DNA from: Candidatus Omnitrophota bacterium
GTDB taxonomy: Bacteria; Omnitrophota; Gorgyraeia; Duberdicusellales; 4484-171
NCBI GenBank assembly: GCA_037146775.1
Contig: JBAWWL010000003.1
Span: 133,956 to 197,955, forward strand
Direction: 5' to 3'
Length of the DNA stretch: 64,000 bases
The notes beneath the pieces are model-generated. The model had not been told where the DNA came from and made no database searches. It saw nothing but the letters and a program-made list of their open reading frames with translations. This document shows positions 47,283 to 57,158 of the stretch, piece after piece. The stretch's first letter is position 1, and each line of letters opens with the position of its first letter. A program made the translations under genes and the position numbers.

Positions 47283-47681
47283 ATGAAGAAAAAGATAGTG
47301 TTTATAGCCTTTATTTTCTTGTGTTCTTCTCTTATATGCGTGAGTTCCTTTGCGAAGTATGCAGAATTAGTAGGTAAAAGGGCAGAGATCCACGGGCCTT
47401 ATTGCTGGGATACTCTGGGCGTAGCGCTAAGCGAAGAACATTTTGCTTTAATGCGCTCGGCACTTGAGACTAAGGATGAAAAGCTTTTTTCGGAAGTTCT
47501 TAAGTGCTATAACATCTTGCGTATTGAGAAAAATACCAAAGTATTTGTGTTATACACCGAAACGCTTGCCCGCCGGGCGCAAGTGGTAATCCTTACCGGT
47601 ATATATAGAGGTATGTCGGGGTGGATTCCGCTCGAGTGGCTCGACGGTAACAACAAAGTATCTTCTTTCCGCGACAGTTAA
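47283..47681 (+). CDS. Hypothetical secreted protein
   Basis: It has a signal peptide 'IVFIAFIFLCSSLICVSSFA' and a good RBS (gaaagagggggg). Confidence 0.4.
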   Translation: MKKKIVFIAFIFLCSSLICVSSFAKYAELVGKRAEIHGPYCWDTLGVALSEEHFALMRSALETKDEKLFSEVLKCYNILRIEKNTKVFVLYTETLARRAQVVILTGIYRGMSGWIPLEWLDGNNKVSSFRDS

Positions 47682-47685
47682 TCTC

Positions 47686-47756
47686 ACAGCGCCTGTATTT
47701 TAAGAAAGCAGCATAACAGTGTGTTTCTTAAGCCAGGCGCTGTTTTTATTTTTTGA
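47686..47756 (+). terminator. Rho-independent terminator (long hairpin cagcgcctg...caggcgctg plus a T-run)
   Basis: 'cagcgcctgtattttaagaaagcagcataacagtgtgtttcttaagccaggcgctgtttttatttttt'. Confidence 0.6.
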
Positions 47757-47893
47757 CCGGTTACTCCGGCGTTTGGGTACTGAAAGCCAAAAACTATCCT
47801 TCCGCGTCACCTCCCATAAAAAAAATGAAAAAGCTAATTTAGCTTCTCGTCGTTTTAATTAATGGTATAATAAACCAATCATTACACACTACC

Positions 47894-49045
47894 ATGCGGT
47901 ATATCTATAAAAAAATATTTGTGTGCACTATTCTTTTCTATTTTTTTACTGCCAACACTTACACTCAAACTACCAAAAACCCCTTCTTTGACAAGGCAAA
48001 AGATTATTACGAAAAGCAGATGTATCTTCAGGCGATTTCTGAGTTTACCAGGGCATTGCAGCTGGAACCGAACAGCGCCGAGCTCTATTATTGGCGCGGC
48101 CGTTGTTTTGTTGAGGAGCGCAATTATGGGCATGCCTTCAGCGATTTTGATAAGGCTTTAATGCTTAACCCTCGTTTTTTCGAAGTCTATAATGCCCGAG
48201 GGGTGGTTTATCTGCGAGCGGAAGCTTTTGAACAGGCGATTGCTGATTTCAATAAAGCCATCGCGATAAATCCCGAGTATGTCGACGCGTATAACAACCG
48301 AGGATTTGTCTATGCGAAGAAAGGTAATTTTGAGCTCGCCATTATCGATTTTAATAATGCAATTAGAATTAATCCTTATAGTGCCGATGTGTATTATAAT
48401 CGGGGTTTTGTCTTTGCGCAAAAAGGCGACTTAAGCCAGGTAATCACATATTTAAATAAGGTAATAGAACTCAATTCCGCGTATGCGCCTGCTTACTATA
48501 ACCGGGGACTTGCGCATGCTAAACGGGGCAATCTTGACCGGGCTATCCGCGATTTTAATGAGGCGGTAAATATCGACCCCTACTACGCCGAAGCTTACTA
48601 TAACCGTGCGGTTGCATACGCCGAAAAAGGTAATTACGATGAAGCCATCGCTGATTATGATAAAACGCTCCAGCTTAATCCGGATCTTACCCAAGCCAAG
48701 GATAATAAAGTGTTAGCTCAAACCAAACGGGACAATCTCACCAAGGCTATTGACCAGTTCGATAATTTAATACAGAAGAATCCCCAATATGTACAAGCTT
48801 ACTATAACCGTGGCGTCGCGTATCTAAAGAAAGGTAATTTTAAGCACGCCATTGAAGACTTTGATAGAGCATTGTTTTTGAGTCCTAAGGAGCCGTTGGT
48901 GTATCGCGAGCGCGCAATTGCGTTTTTTTATATCCAGAATTACGATGACGCCTGGCAAGATGTGCGTAAGGCTAAAACATTAGGAGCGGCAATAAGCTCT
49001 ATATTTCTAGAAGAACTTCAAGAGGCTTCCGGGAAGCAAGAATAG
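47894..49045 (+). CDS. Secreted TPR-repeat protein (about 9 tandem TPRs)
   Basis: It has a signal peptide and repeated 'A..YYNRG.....G....AI.DFN.A' units. Confidence 0.75.
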   Translation: MRYIYKKIFVCTILFYFFTANTYTQTTKNPFFDKAKDYYEKQMYLQAISEFTRALQLEPNSAELYYWRGRCFVEERNYGHAFSDFDKALMLNPRFFEVYNARGVVYLRAEAFEQAIADFNKAIAINPEYVDAYNNRGFVYAKKGNFELAIIDFNNAIRINPYSADVYYNRGFVFAQKGDLSQVITYLNKVIELNSAYAPAYYNRGLAHAKRGNLDRAIRDFNEAVNIDPYYAEAYYNRAVAYAEKGNYDEAIADYDKTLQLNPDLTQAKDNKVLAQTKRDNLTKAIDQFDNLIQKNPQYVQAYYNRGVAYLKKGNFKHAIEDFDRALFLSPKEPLVYRERAIAFFYIQNYDDAWQDVRKAKTLGAAISSIFLEELQEASGKQE

Positions 49046-49078
49046 CCATAAATCTGCATATATAAAAAGGAGGTGCGT

Positions 49079-49480
49079 ATGAAAATATTAGTGTGTCTAT
49101 GTGCACTAACCATGGCTTGTTTATCTTTGTCCTATACTCTTTCGGCAGCCGATACTGCTGACGGAGGAGACTGGAAATTGTTCGGCAGATATATAGAAGC
49201 CAATCGTATGCGGGCATTTTTTGTGCAAGGTATTTACGAAGGCGCATTAGCGATGAATCAGGCGAAGGCGCGCGAGGTTTTTTATTATACCGATTATACT
49301 ACACTTGCTTCGGCTGTGAGCGAGTTTTATAGCGATGACGACGATAATGCCGATATCCCCGTCACGCACGCTCTATATATTGTTTCTATGCGCATGAAAG
49401 GAAAATCAAAAGACGCGGTCGACGATATGATTAAAAAATTCAGAGGCGGTCTACGTTTAGAGTTTTTAGCCAAACAATAA
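49079..49480 (+). CDS. Hypothetical secreted protein
   Basis: It has a signal peptide 'ILVCLCALTMACLSLS' and a strong RBS 'aaaaggagg'. Confidence 0.4.
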   Translation: MKILVCLCALTMACLSLSYTLSAADTADGGDWKLFGRYIEANRMRAFFVQGIYEGALAMNQAKAREVFYYTDYTTLASAVSEFYSDDDDNADIPVTHALYIVSMRMKGKSKDAVDDMIKKFRGGLRLEFLAKQ

Positions 49481-51447
49481 TGTCGCCAAACTTACTCACT
49501 ACTTTCTTTATCTTTCTGTGTGCCGGGGCCATGCCCTGCACGCTTTTTGCCGAAACGATCCTGCTTAAGTCCGGTAAAGTCATCGAGGGCAAAATTCTCG
49601 AACAGAGCCCCGCGGGCATAAAAATAGACTTTGCCGGCGTGACGCTTTTCTACTATACCGAGGAAGTTCAGGCTATCGACGGTAAATCTGTATCTTCGGC
49701 TATCCAGCAGACAGGTATACAGGCCGTATCTTCGGATAAAAAGTTTTTTGCTCAGAATATCGAAGCCGCACTAAAAACCACCAAGAGGATACATGTTATA
49801 TCTAACGAAGCATTGCATGTGTCGGAGGCTGTTTCTTCCGCTTCAGAATATATCGTTGATATTGATTTTACTAATAAAATAATGAAAATTAGCTCGCACA
49901 TACGCACGCTGACTTTGCCCACGCACATTCTTGAATTCTACAAGAAATTGATATTACAAAATCAGCTCGCACAAGCACGTAAAAAGGGATTATCAGAGCA
50001 GAAACAGAAAGAACTGCGGGATGCATTTGAATTGAAATTCAAAGAGATCGTTGAGGTATTCAAAACAAAGATAGAAAAATTACAAAATACCATTATTGAT
50101 ATGTATGTATTCCAGGACTCGTTAGTATTGAATGTGGCAGATAAGTGGGCAAAAATCAAAGATCCTTCGTTCCTGCGTTTTTGGAGTGAAGCGTCATTCT
50201 CTTCCGCCGTCCAAGACCCCCTGGTATTAAGCGACAGCTTGCGTACCATAACAAATCTTGATATAAAGAATTTATTGCCCTTAAGCTTGTTGCGAGAGGA
50301 AGCCGCCTTTACTGTCAGCGACAGCAATATGTCGGTGGAAGATTGCTATGTTCTGGATGTAGATCAAAAGGTCGTCGAAGATAAGATGAAAAAAAGTTTT
50401 TTGATGTCAGTGTCGGAAAAAACGCAGCACCGCCAACTCCAGCCAGAATTAGTATTTGATGCCGCAACGGTTAGATTTTTCATTTCCAAGAAAAATTTCT
50501 TGCCGTTACGCTACGAAGCACAAACTCAGTTTGCGGCAGTTACCAAGGAATTCGTGGCGGTGCGCAAGCAGGACATGTCATTTGAAATCACATCGGATTT
50601 TAGCTATCCCAGCGAATCGCTTGTTTTACCGCAAGAGGCACAAACCGCCATAGTTGTTTCAAGTCCCATGGAAGCGCTTAATAAAGTTACGGGTGATTTA
50701 TTCAAGCTGGATGCGCCGGCCATCGAAGCTCTCAGTCGGGGGGATAAGTTAGCCGATGAAGGTAAATACGATCTAGCTATCACCGAATATAAATCCGCGC
50801 TTGCACAAGTACCGGAAGGCTCGATAGATAAAGTTTTCATCTTGAATCAATTGGGTTATATGTATCGAAACATGGAAGAATTTGACCAGGCGCTTGCGAC
50901 CTTTCAACAAGGGTTAGATAGTGTTGGCAAATTACGGTTGACACATTCTCCCGTTACGGAATTTATTGCGCGTTTGGATAAAATCGAAGCTACCCTGCAT
51001 TATCATGTTGGCGATGTGTATATGGCAACCGGCAAATTTTCCCAGGCTCTCGCCGCGTTCGATAAAGCAATCGCTTTACATCCGCTCGTAGACGCCTACC
51101 AGAATAAAGCCGTGGTATACAGGCTTATGGGCAAATATAAAGAATCCATCGAGGCATGCAAGGAAACGTTGAAAGTAGATCCAAGTTTTGGTAAAGCTTA
51201 TTCAAGTATGGGTTGGGCTTATGGGTCGCTTGGTGATTTTAAAAATGAAATAGAATGTCAGAAGGAGGCTATTAAGCGTTGGCCAAACTTTATGTTTGCT
51301 TATTATCGGCTGGGGGAAGCTTATGAGCGTCTCGGAGACAACGCTGCGGCCGCGAAAACTTACGAAACCGCCTTGGCGGTAGAGCCTGATAATATGTCGT
51401 TGCGTCAGGCTTTGCAGAAAGTAAACTCAAAGTTTGGAAAAGAATAG
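49480..51447 (+). CDS. Secreted TPR-repeat protein with the same N-terminal beta-domain as the 32613 gene
   Basis: It has 'AETILLKSGKVIEGKILEQSPAGIKIDFAGVTLFYYTEEVQAIDGK' and C-terminal TPRs ('AYQNKAVVYRLMGKYKESIE' and similar). Confidence 0.7.
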   Translation: MSPNLLTTFFIFLCAGAMPCTLFAETILLKSGKVIEGKILEQSPAGIKIDFAGVTLFYYTEEVQAIDGKSVSSAIQQTGIQAVSSDKKFFAQNIEAALKTTKRIHVISNEALHVSEAVSSASEYIVDIDFTNKIMKISSHIRTLTLPTHILEFYKKLILQNQLAQARKKGLSEQKQKELRDAFELKFKEIVEVFKTKIEKLQNTIIDMYVFQDSLVLNVADKWAKIKDPSFLRFWSEASFSSAVQDPLVLSDSLRTITNLDIKNLLPLSLLREEAAFTVSDSNMSVEDCYVLDVDQKVVEDKMKKSFLMSVSEKTQHRQLQPELVFDAATVRFFISKKNFLPLRYEAQTQFAAVTKEFVAVRKQDMSFEITSDFSYPSESLVLPQEAQTAIVVSSPMEALNKVTGDLFKLDAPAIEALSRGDKLADEGKYDLAITEYKSALAQVPEGSIDKVFILNQLGYMYRNMEEFDQALATFQQGLDSVGKLRLTHSPVTEFIARLDKIEATLHYHVGDVYMATGKFSQALAAFDKAIALHPLVDAYQNKAVVYRLMGKYKESIEACKETLKVDPSFGKAYSSMGWAYGSLGDFKNEIECQKEAIKRWPNFMFAYYRLGEAYERLGDNAAAAKTYETALAVEPDNMSLRQALQKVNSKFGKE

Positions 51448-51545
51448 AATCTTTTAGCCTGCGCCGGTTTAAAACAGAATTTCCGGCAAAACGACTACCA
51501 AGAAATTATTTTACTTCAACCATATCGCAAGCGAATTATGTTATT

Positions 51546-53705
51546 ATGTTCCAGCGATTGATATATACTGGTCGATATGTGTGCTTCTTTGTGTGCAGCA
51601 TGATGGGTATCTCTCCCGCGTTTAGTCAAGTATCCAGCGTGACGGTACCTATCCAGGAGGACACTATGGTTAGAGATATCCAGCGTACCATCGCTGTTTT
51701 ATCCAACACTCACACGCATCTTTCGCCAAGCCATGTTGGGCATCCAGGTTATGGAGATCTTGCTTTTCTCTACGATAAAGCCGTGGACGCACTTGTTTTA
51801 AAGGCAGGAGGATATCAAAAAGAAGCCCAAGCCATTCTTGATTATTTTGCAGCCCGCCTGAAGATTCCTTTCGAGGAAATACGTATGCATGCTGATACGA
51901 ATGATACTTACGGAATTATAAAGATTTTTTCTCCATTTTCAGCCTCCGGCATGCCCACCAAAGCATTAATGAATGCTTTGGATATTACCTCAAACCGCAG
52001 GCAGGGGAAAGCTACCCTTGAATTTTTTACCACACCTGGACCGACCTCATTTCTTATCTTTGCTTTTCTTCAGGTCAACCCAGATATTTATAAAAACGAG
52101 GCGCTGCTGCTAGGAGAGGTTTTACTGGCGATGCAAAACGCAGACGGAGGTATCCGGGATGGTGACCGGTCGCCGGAGAAGGTTCATACCGAACCGCACA
52201 TGGATAGTTATGCCGCATTCATGATGCTGTATCAAATAAGCGGGGATAGTAAATGGGAAATAGCCGCTCATAGAGCTCTTGAGTGGTTTAACGCAAACGT
52301 GTATCATCCCAATGAGGCGGCAATCGATCAAGGTGTGTGGGCACACGCTCCTAATCAGGCGTTTGCTACCGACGCCTACTCCTGGACTATGGCCGGCCCC
52401 TTGGGTGACACGATTTCTCCCGAGATGCTTAAGCGTTTGAGCGAGCGGATGCTTGAAGAGAGTTTAACAAAAATCACCCTTCCGGTTCCTGACGGTACCG
52501 TAAGAACTGTAACGCTCTGTGATTTTAGTAACCCTGAAAGCCAGGTCGTAAAAAATATACGCCAGGGATTCCATCCGATGGGTTCGGTAGAATGGACTGC
52601 GGGGGTAATTCTTGCCCTGCAAAAGAACGCGGTGAGGTTTTGGAATACCGGCGATCGCAAGGCCGCCAGTTTCTATAAAGCCATTGCTCAGATACTTTCT
52701 GGCGAAACAAAAAAATGTTTTTATCGGCTCGATAATACATATATGACATTTTATGCCACAGGCCAGGGTGTCTGCGTTGGCCCTTTCGGTTCAATCTCGG
52801 GGGTAAGTATAGAGGGTTGGAAGACGCCATTTTTCTATGTAAAAAGTAAAGATAACCAGGTGCTGATAAAGGGTGGGAGTTGCGTGGGCGCCTGGATCAT
52901 CCTGCCACATCTTGGCTTCAACCCGTTTATTCTCAATGACCGGTACCATGAAACGTACGGGAAAATACCGCTGACACAAGAAACAACGGATCAGGCTAAA
53001 ATATTTGTAGATAAAATCGCAAGCAAACGTTTTTTTACCGAGGGTGTTATCCGCGAAGCGCCCAGCCCCGACAGCCAGATCGTCGAGCCGGCTTTGTTTA
53101 ATGAAAAAATGTGGGATGCCTTAGAAAAAGGATATGCTCAGCGTACAAGAGGTGATTACGTAAAGGCAGAAATATATTTTCAAAAAGCAGCTTTTTGGGC
53201 ACATAAGGTTGTGGATAATTCGGCTTGGTGCCAGCGCGCGCGGGCCGACAATGCACAGAAAGAAAAAGAAATCGGCGGTATTGTTTCATATCCGTGGGGC
53301 GCTGTCTATCGAGATAATGATCACCCGTTGCATTATGCGGTATTGAGATACCCTTTATTAAACGAAGTTGCTGCTGCGATGTGGGCTTTGGCCACGGTTA
53401 ATTTCGAGCTAGGCCATCCGGAAGAAACAAAATATTGGATTCGGCGTATCATCGATGAGGTTTCTCTGCATCAGATCGCGGATATTAAAAAAGACGGCCA
53501 ACAGGAGGCGCCTGATTTAATCCAGGGATATTGGAATGCGCTTGTTTCTTGGGAAGATAACCCTGGTGGATACGAGCGGGACAAGAAAATCGGCGTGCTT
53601 TATCGGGAAGTATTGCGGGAGAAAAAACTTTCTGGTGCCAAGCCAAAAACAGTAATAGTTCCTGATTTTGTCACAAGAGCCCCCGGGGTTGGGGATCGGC
53701 AGTAA
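51546..53705 (+). CDS. Large hypothetical secreted protein, possibly alpha/alpha-toroid fold
   Basis: It has a signal peptide and repeated helical 'LL.GE.LLAMQNADGGIRDG'-type segments. It is 719 aa and the fold guess is weak. Confidence 0.45.
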   Translation: MFQRLIYTGRYVCFFVCSMMGISPAFSQVSSVTVPIQEDTMVRDIQRTIAVLSNTHTHLSPSHVGHPGYGDLAFLYDKAVDALVLKAGGYQKEAQAILDYFAARLKIPFEEIRMHADTNDTYGIIKIFSPFSASGMPTKALMNALDITSNRRQGKATLEFFTTPGPTSFLIFAFLQVNPDIYKNEALLLGEVLLAMQNADGGIRDGDRSPEKVHTEPHMDSYAAFMMLYQISGDSKWEIAAHRALEWFNANVYHPNEAAIDQGVWAHAPNQAFATDAYSWTMAGPLGDTISPEMLKRLSERMLEESLTKITLPVPDGTVRTVTLCDFSNPESQVVKNIRQGFHPMGSVEWTAGVILALQKNAVRFWNTGDRKAASFYKAIAQILSGETKKCFYRLDNTYMTFYATGQGVCVGPFGSISGVSIEGWKTPFFYVKSKDNQVLIKGGSCVGAWIILPHLGFNPFILNDRYHETYGKIPLTQETTDQAKIFVDKIASKRFFTEGVIREAPSPDSQIVEPALFNEKMWDALEKGYAQRTRGDYVKAEIYFQKAAFWAHKVVDNSAWCQRARADNAQKEKEIGGIVSYPWGAVYRDNDHPLHYAVLRYPLLNEVAAAMWALATVNFELGHPEETKYWIRRIIDEVSLHQIADIKKDGQQEAPDLIQGYWNALVSWEDNPGGYERDKKIGVLYREVLREKKLSGAKPKTVIVPDFVTRAPGVGDRQ

Positions 53706-53754
53706 ACTTAAAAATGATTTGACAGAGATATCTCAGATGGTACATTGACAATTG

Positions 53755-54120
53755 ATGAGCGAGCGTCGGAAGAATATACGGATACATAAATCCCTGATTG
53801 TACGTTTCAAACTTCCCAAGGGTTATCTGGGTATGTCTTCGCGCAGCGACAATATCAGCGAAGACGGAATGCGTATGGGTGCCTTGCAACGGTTTGAGCC
53901 GGGAATGTCTTTGCAGCTAAATTTTAATCTGCAGGAGTATACGGACCCCGTTATCGTTAATGCAACGGTGGTATGGGTGGATTACAAAAAACAAAGTTAT
54001 TTTCCATTTGTCTTAGGTTTACGGTTTATTAATCTCGCTGATTCCGATCGCCCTCGCTTACGTGATTATATTAGCCATGTCGTTAGAGAAGAAAACCTTT
54101 CTATCTCTCCTGGCGCCTAG
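53755..54120 (+). CDS. PilZ-domain protein (c-di-GMP receptor-like)
   Basis: It has 'RRKNIR' (RxxxR) and 'NISEDG' ((D/N)xSxxG) motifs. It is 121 aa. Confidence 0.65.
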   Translation: MSERRKNIRIHKSLIVRFKLPKGYLGMSSRSDNISEDGMRMGALQRFEPGMSLQLNFNLQEYTDPVIVNATVVWVDYKKQSYFPFVLGLRFINLADSDRPRLRDYISHVVREENLSISPGA

Positions 54121-54134
54121 CGATTTTTCTATTC

Positions 54135-54165
54135 TCGTAAGACCTTCTTGAGCCGTTATGTACCC
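54135..54165 (+). terminator. Perfect 10-bp hairpin after the PilZ gene, followed by a second inverted repeat at 54185-54230
   Basis: 'cgttatgtac-ccag-gtacataacg', then 'tttaaaccg...cggtttaaa'. Confidence 0.45.
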
Positions 54166-54479
54166 AGGTACATAACGAAGCCTGATTTTTAAACCGATCG
54201 TCAGGTGTCTCAATAGCGGTTTAAAAATAAAACCCTATCTTTAGTGTTGACCGCGCTTGGCCCGCGTATTATTATAATTTATAACGGTAAAATTGATTTA
54301 GAACCGATTGTCTCAGTTAAGAGGCAGCAATATTTAAGAGAGTAGAATTTTTATGTACGGTGTTATTTTTTAGTCTTTATTGCGAAAAGTATTTTCTTAT
54401 CAGTTTGACGGTTTAGCTTAAGAGGGCTTATTTACAAGGTTCTGCGGGCATAATATAATACCGTTAAGGGGAGGTAGTA

Positions 54480-54968
54480 ATGAAGAGCGAACGGCTACAA
54501 TATTTAATTAATGAATACAGACTTGTCCAAAAACGCTTATATGAGATCAGGGCTGATTATGAGCGTATGAAAATAACGTTTGAGATTCTTAAAGAGGTTG
54601 AGAAAGAGTTAGGTGAACGCGCGAAGCACGCATCTGATGGCGCAACCGGACAGTATTGGATGGACATTGCCGCCGGGTGTTTTACGGGTGATCAAGACCG
54701 GCCCAACGAAGCGGATTTTAATAAAGCAAAAGAAAAAGTAGAGAAGAACGAGAAATTAATTCTTTACTATGAAACAAAGCTAAATATGATTCGTAGGTTC
54801 TTAGGTGTCCGCGAGACAGACCTGTTTGAAAGCTTTCAGGAGAAAAACATTCTTATGGGAAGTGAGCAGTCTTCTTCGACGAATATGCGCAATGTTCTTC
54901 AGAAAACAGAAGAAGAAGACAAGCTTCGAGATGAACGCAAGAACGACGTTAATTTTAACAAAATGTAA
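54480..54968 (+). CDS. Hypothetical coiled-coil protein
   Basis: Its RBS is 'aaggggagg'. It is helical and charged, with no family match. Confidence 0.4.
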   Translation: MKSERLQYLINEYRLVQKRLYEIRADYERMKITFEILKEVEKELGERAKHASDGATGQYWMDIAAGCFTGDQDRPNEADFNKAKEKVEKNEKLILYYETKLNMIRRFLGVRETDLFESFQEKNILMGSEQSSSTNMRNVLQKTEEEDKLRDERKNDVNFNKM

Positions 54969-54981
54969 GCTTGGGGAGGCC

Positions 54982-55317
54982 ATGGCTATCGAAAGGCATC
55001 TCACGAAAAAGTATCGGTTTCGGCATGTCGGATGTGCACGCGTGTTGTCATTTATTGTTCTGTTATTGTTCTTACATTCGACCATGCAAGTTTATGCTGT
55101 TACTATTCCCGCCGCCTTAGAAAAACTCGGGTTTACCGAAGATGATCTTTTGAATTATCGCCGTCAGGATGAGCAAGAGTTTTTTACTTTTTCCGATAAA
55201 CGGACTCGCGAGAGGCAGGACGTTATTACTTTTGTAATCGAAAATGGTGAAATTATTGCCTATCCGAACCCGATGGTCGAGAAGAAAGAGGATAAACGCG
55301 ATAGCCTAGATATGTAA
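54982..55317 (+). CDS. Small hypothetical secreted protein, paralog A (EFFTF...ITFVIENG family)
   Basis: Its RBS is 'ggggagg'. It has a signal/TM 'VLSFIVLLLFLHS' and 'LEKLGFTEDDLL...EFFTFSDKRTRERQDVITFVIENGEII'. It is paralogous to the 57575 gene. Confidence 0.5.
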   Translation: MAIERHLTKKYRFRHVGCARVLSFIVLLLFLHSTMQVYAVTIPAALEKLGFTEDDLLNYRRQDEQEFFTFSDKRTRERQDVITFVIENGEIIAYPNPMVEKKEDKRDSLDM

Positions 55318-55497
55318 AAAAGCACTCCCTTAATGCAAGCGTATTATAGCTGCCAAAACGATCTTCGTCCGTTTTCCCATAAAACCTGCGGTGTTATTTG
55401 AGGTTTTTGTCTATCATCCATTCGGTTTTAATGGAGTAGGCAGGTACAAAAAACTTTATAATATTGGAAAAAAATAAGAGGCTATTTTTGAGCAGGA

Positions 55498-55725
55498 TTA
55501 TCTTTCGTCGGTAGCCTCATCGACAGACTGACCTTTTTTAAGCGGGGATCCTTCCTGGAGCGTATTTTCTTTTTCGTAGGTTTGGCAACTTTTAGAAGCG
55601 AACGAGAGAACGGCGAGTAACACAATTACAAGGATTATTACAAAGAAATAAGGGTATATCGTTACGTTTTTAATTTTCATATACCAGATTATATCAAACA
55701 TACATTTTTTGTCAAAATATATCAA
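55498..55725 (-). CDS. Small hypothetical membrane protein (doubtful)
   Basis: It is the only ORF in a 550-bp gap. It has one TM 'YPYFFVIILVIVLLAVLSF'. Confidence 0.3.
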   Translation of the reverse strand: MIYFDKKCMFDIIWYMKIKNVTIYPYFFVIILVIVLLAVLSFASKSCQTYEKENTLQEGSPLKKGQSVDEATDER

Positions 55726-55888
55726 TTTTATGACTGCGCGGTACCTGGCAGGGCGGCAGTTTATTAAACTGCTATAATTTTAATAAGGGGAATGGTATAA
55801 TTAAAAAGTACGTACATGATAATCACGATTTCATTATTAAACTACAGCGTCTTTAATTTTATTCTTGGCCGAAACGATTATTTTTAAA

Positions 55889-56314
55889 ATGAGTTTATTA
55901 AAAAAAATAGCATGGTTGGTTCTGGGGGTAATTTTTGTCCCGCTGGCTATGTTCCTGCTTTTACTGATAGTGCGTACTTTTTTCCCCACGCTGCGGTATG
56001 CGGCAGAACAGGTATTTTTGGTAATATGGATCGGTGTGCTAAGCGCTACAATTCTTTTAGCAATAATTGTTAGGAAGAAAAAAGAATCGTTTTCAAACGG
56101 ATTATTGGTTTCGGCAGCCATCGCCCTCATCGTAAGTTTCGTGGCCTTGCTTTTGCATGTATACAATTATACAAAACTGAATTATCTAAAAGTGGAGAAT
56201 GAGAGTCTTATGTTAAAAACTAAAAGTCTAAAAGAAGAAATATCCGGCTACAAGAAAAGAATTAAAGAATACGAAGAAAATTCTGACTTGCGAAGAAAGC
56301 TTCCGGGTGATTGA
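55889..56314 (+). CDS. Hypothetical two-TM membrane protein with C-terminal coiled-coil
   Basis: It has hydrophobic segments followed by 'LKVENESLMLKTKSLKEEISGYKKRIKEYEE'. Confidence 0.4.
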   Translation: MSLLKKIAWLVLGVIFVPLAMFLLLLIVRTFFPTLRYAAEQVFLVIWIGVLSATILLAIIVRKKKESFSNGLLVSAAIALIVSFVALLLHVYNYTKLNYLKVENESLMLKTKSLKEEISGYKKRIKEYEENSDLRRKLPGD

Positions 56315-56532
56315 GGTCTTTGGCCGGGTGAGCGATGCATTCTTGATGCGTTCGTTGGTGCGTTCCTTCGGCAGGCTCAGGACGCTCAAGTAATGTCGGA
56401 GCGAAACCACGCCTTTTAAGGCGCGAAACATACGCTCGCCGCTTGGTATGGTTTCGGCTATGGCTCAGCCAAGTGCCCAGTCTCCCGTGCAAACCCCTGG
56501 ATTAAAACTTGGGGAAAGTCGAATGGGTTGAT

Positions 56533-56567
56533 TTTTCTTTCTTGACCAATCTTTACTATGGCAGTAT
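56533..56567 (+). promoter_or_regulatory. Sigma70-like promoter TTGACC-17-TATTAT, copy 1 of a duplicated promoter
   Basis: 'cttgaccaatctttactatggcagtattatttttt' is near-identical in its 3' half to 58998-59032. Confidence 0.4.
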
Positions 56568-56707
56568 TATTTTTTCGATCGCTTACGAAAACAGATCGGT
56601 AGGAAAATTTTATATCAGTCAGGTATGATCCGGACGGCGGTTTTATAATTCTTGAAAATAAGCTTCTATAGGAGTAATTTCTTCTAACTTTTAAGGAGGG
56701 TATTGCG

Positions 56708-57019
56708 ATGAGAAAAGCCAAAATTTTAGGTTCATTGGCCGTGATTATGTTGTTTTGTCCGCTCGTCATTTTTGCCCAAAGTTCCGGAGAAAAAAATGAG
56801 CCTGTGATGGGGGATGTTAAAAAAGACAAGCAGATAGAGAAAGAACGTATGATTGGTATGGCGATGAATATGTTGGGGATGATGCAAAAACAAATAGTCG
56901 CTACCGGTGACGGCGGAGCTATTGTTTTATTGGGTAATAAACTTCTCAAATATGATAAAGATTTAAACCTTATAAAGGTAGTTGAATTAAAGGCCGACGT
57001 TGCGCCTGTGCAGAAATGA
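56708..57019 (+). CDS. Small hypothetical secreted Met-rich protein
   Basis: Its RBS is 'aaggaggg'. It has a signal peptide and 'MIGMAMNMLGMMQKQ'. Confidence 0.4.
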   Translation: MRKAKILGSLAVIMLFCPLVIFAQSSGEKNEPVMGDVKKDKQIEKERMIGMAMNMLGMMQKQIVATGDGGAIVLLGNKLLKYDKDLNLIKVVELKADVAPVQK

Positions 57020-57158
57020 TGAAAACCAAAGCCGAAATTAGGCAAAAGGAAAAAAGAGTAATATTGGCTCTTTCTGCAGAAGGTTTTGATGGGTCTGCAA
57101 CCAGATTAAGACAATGCTCGCAGGGCGAGGTTATTTTTTAGCCATGGAGGTAGCCGAC

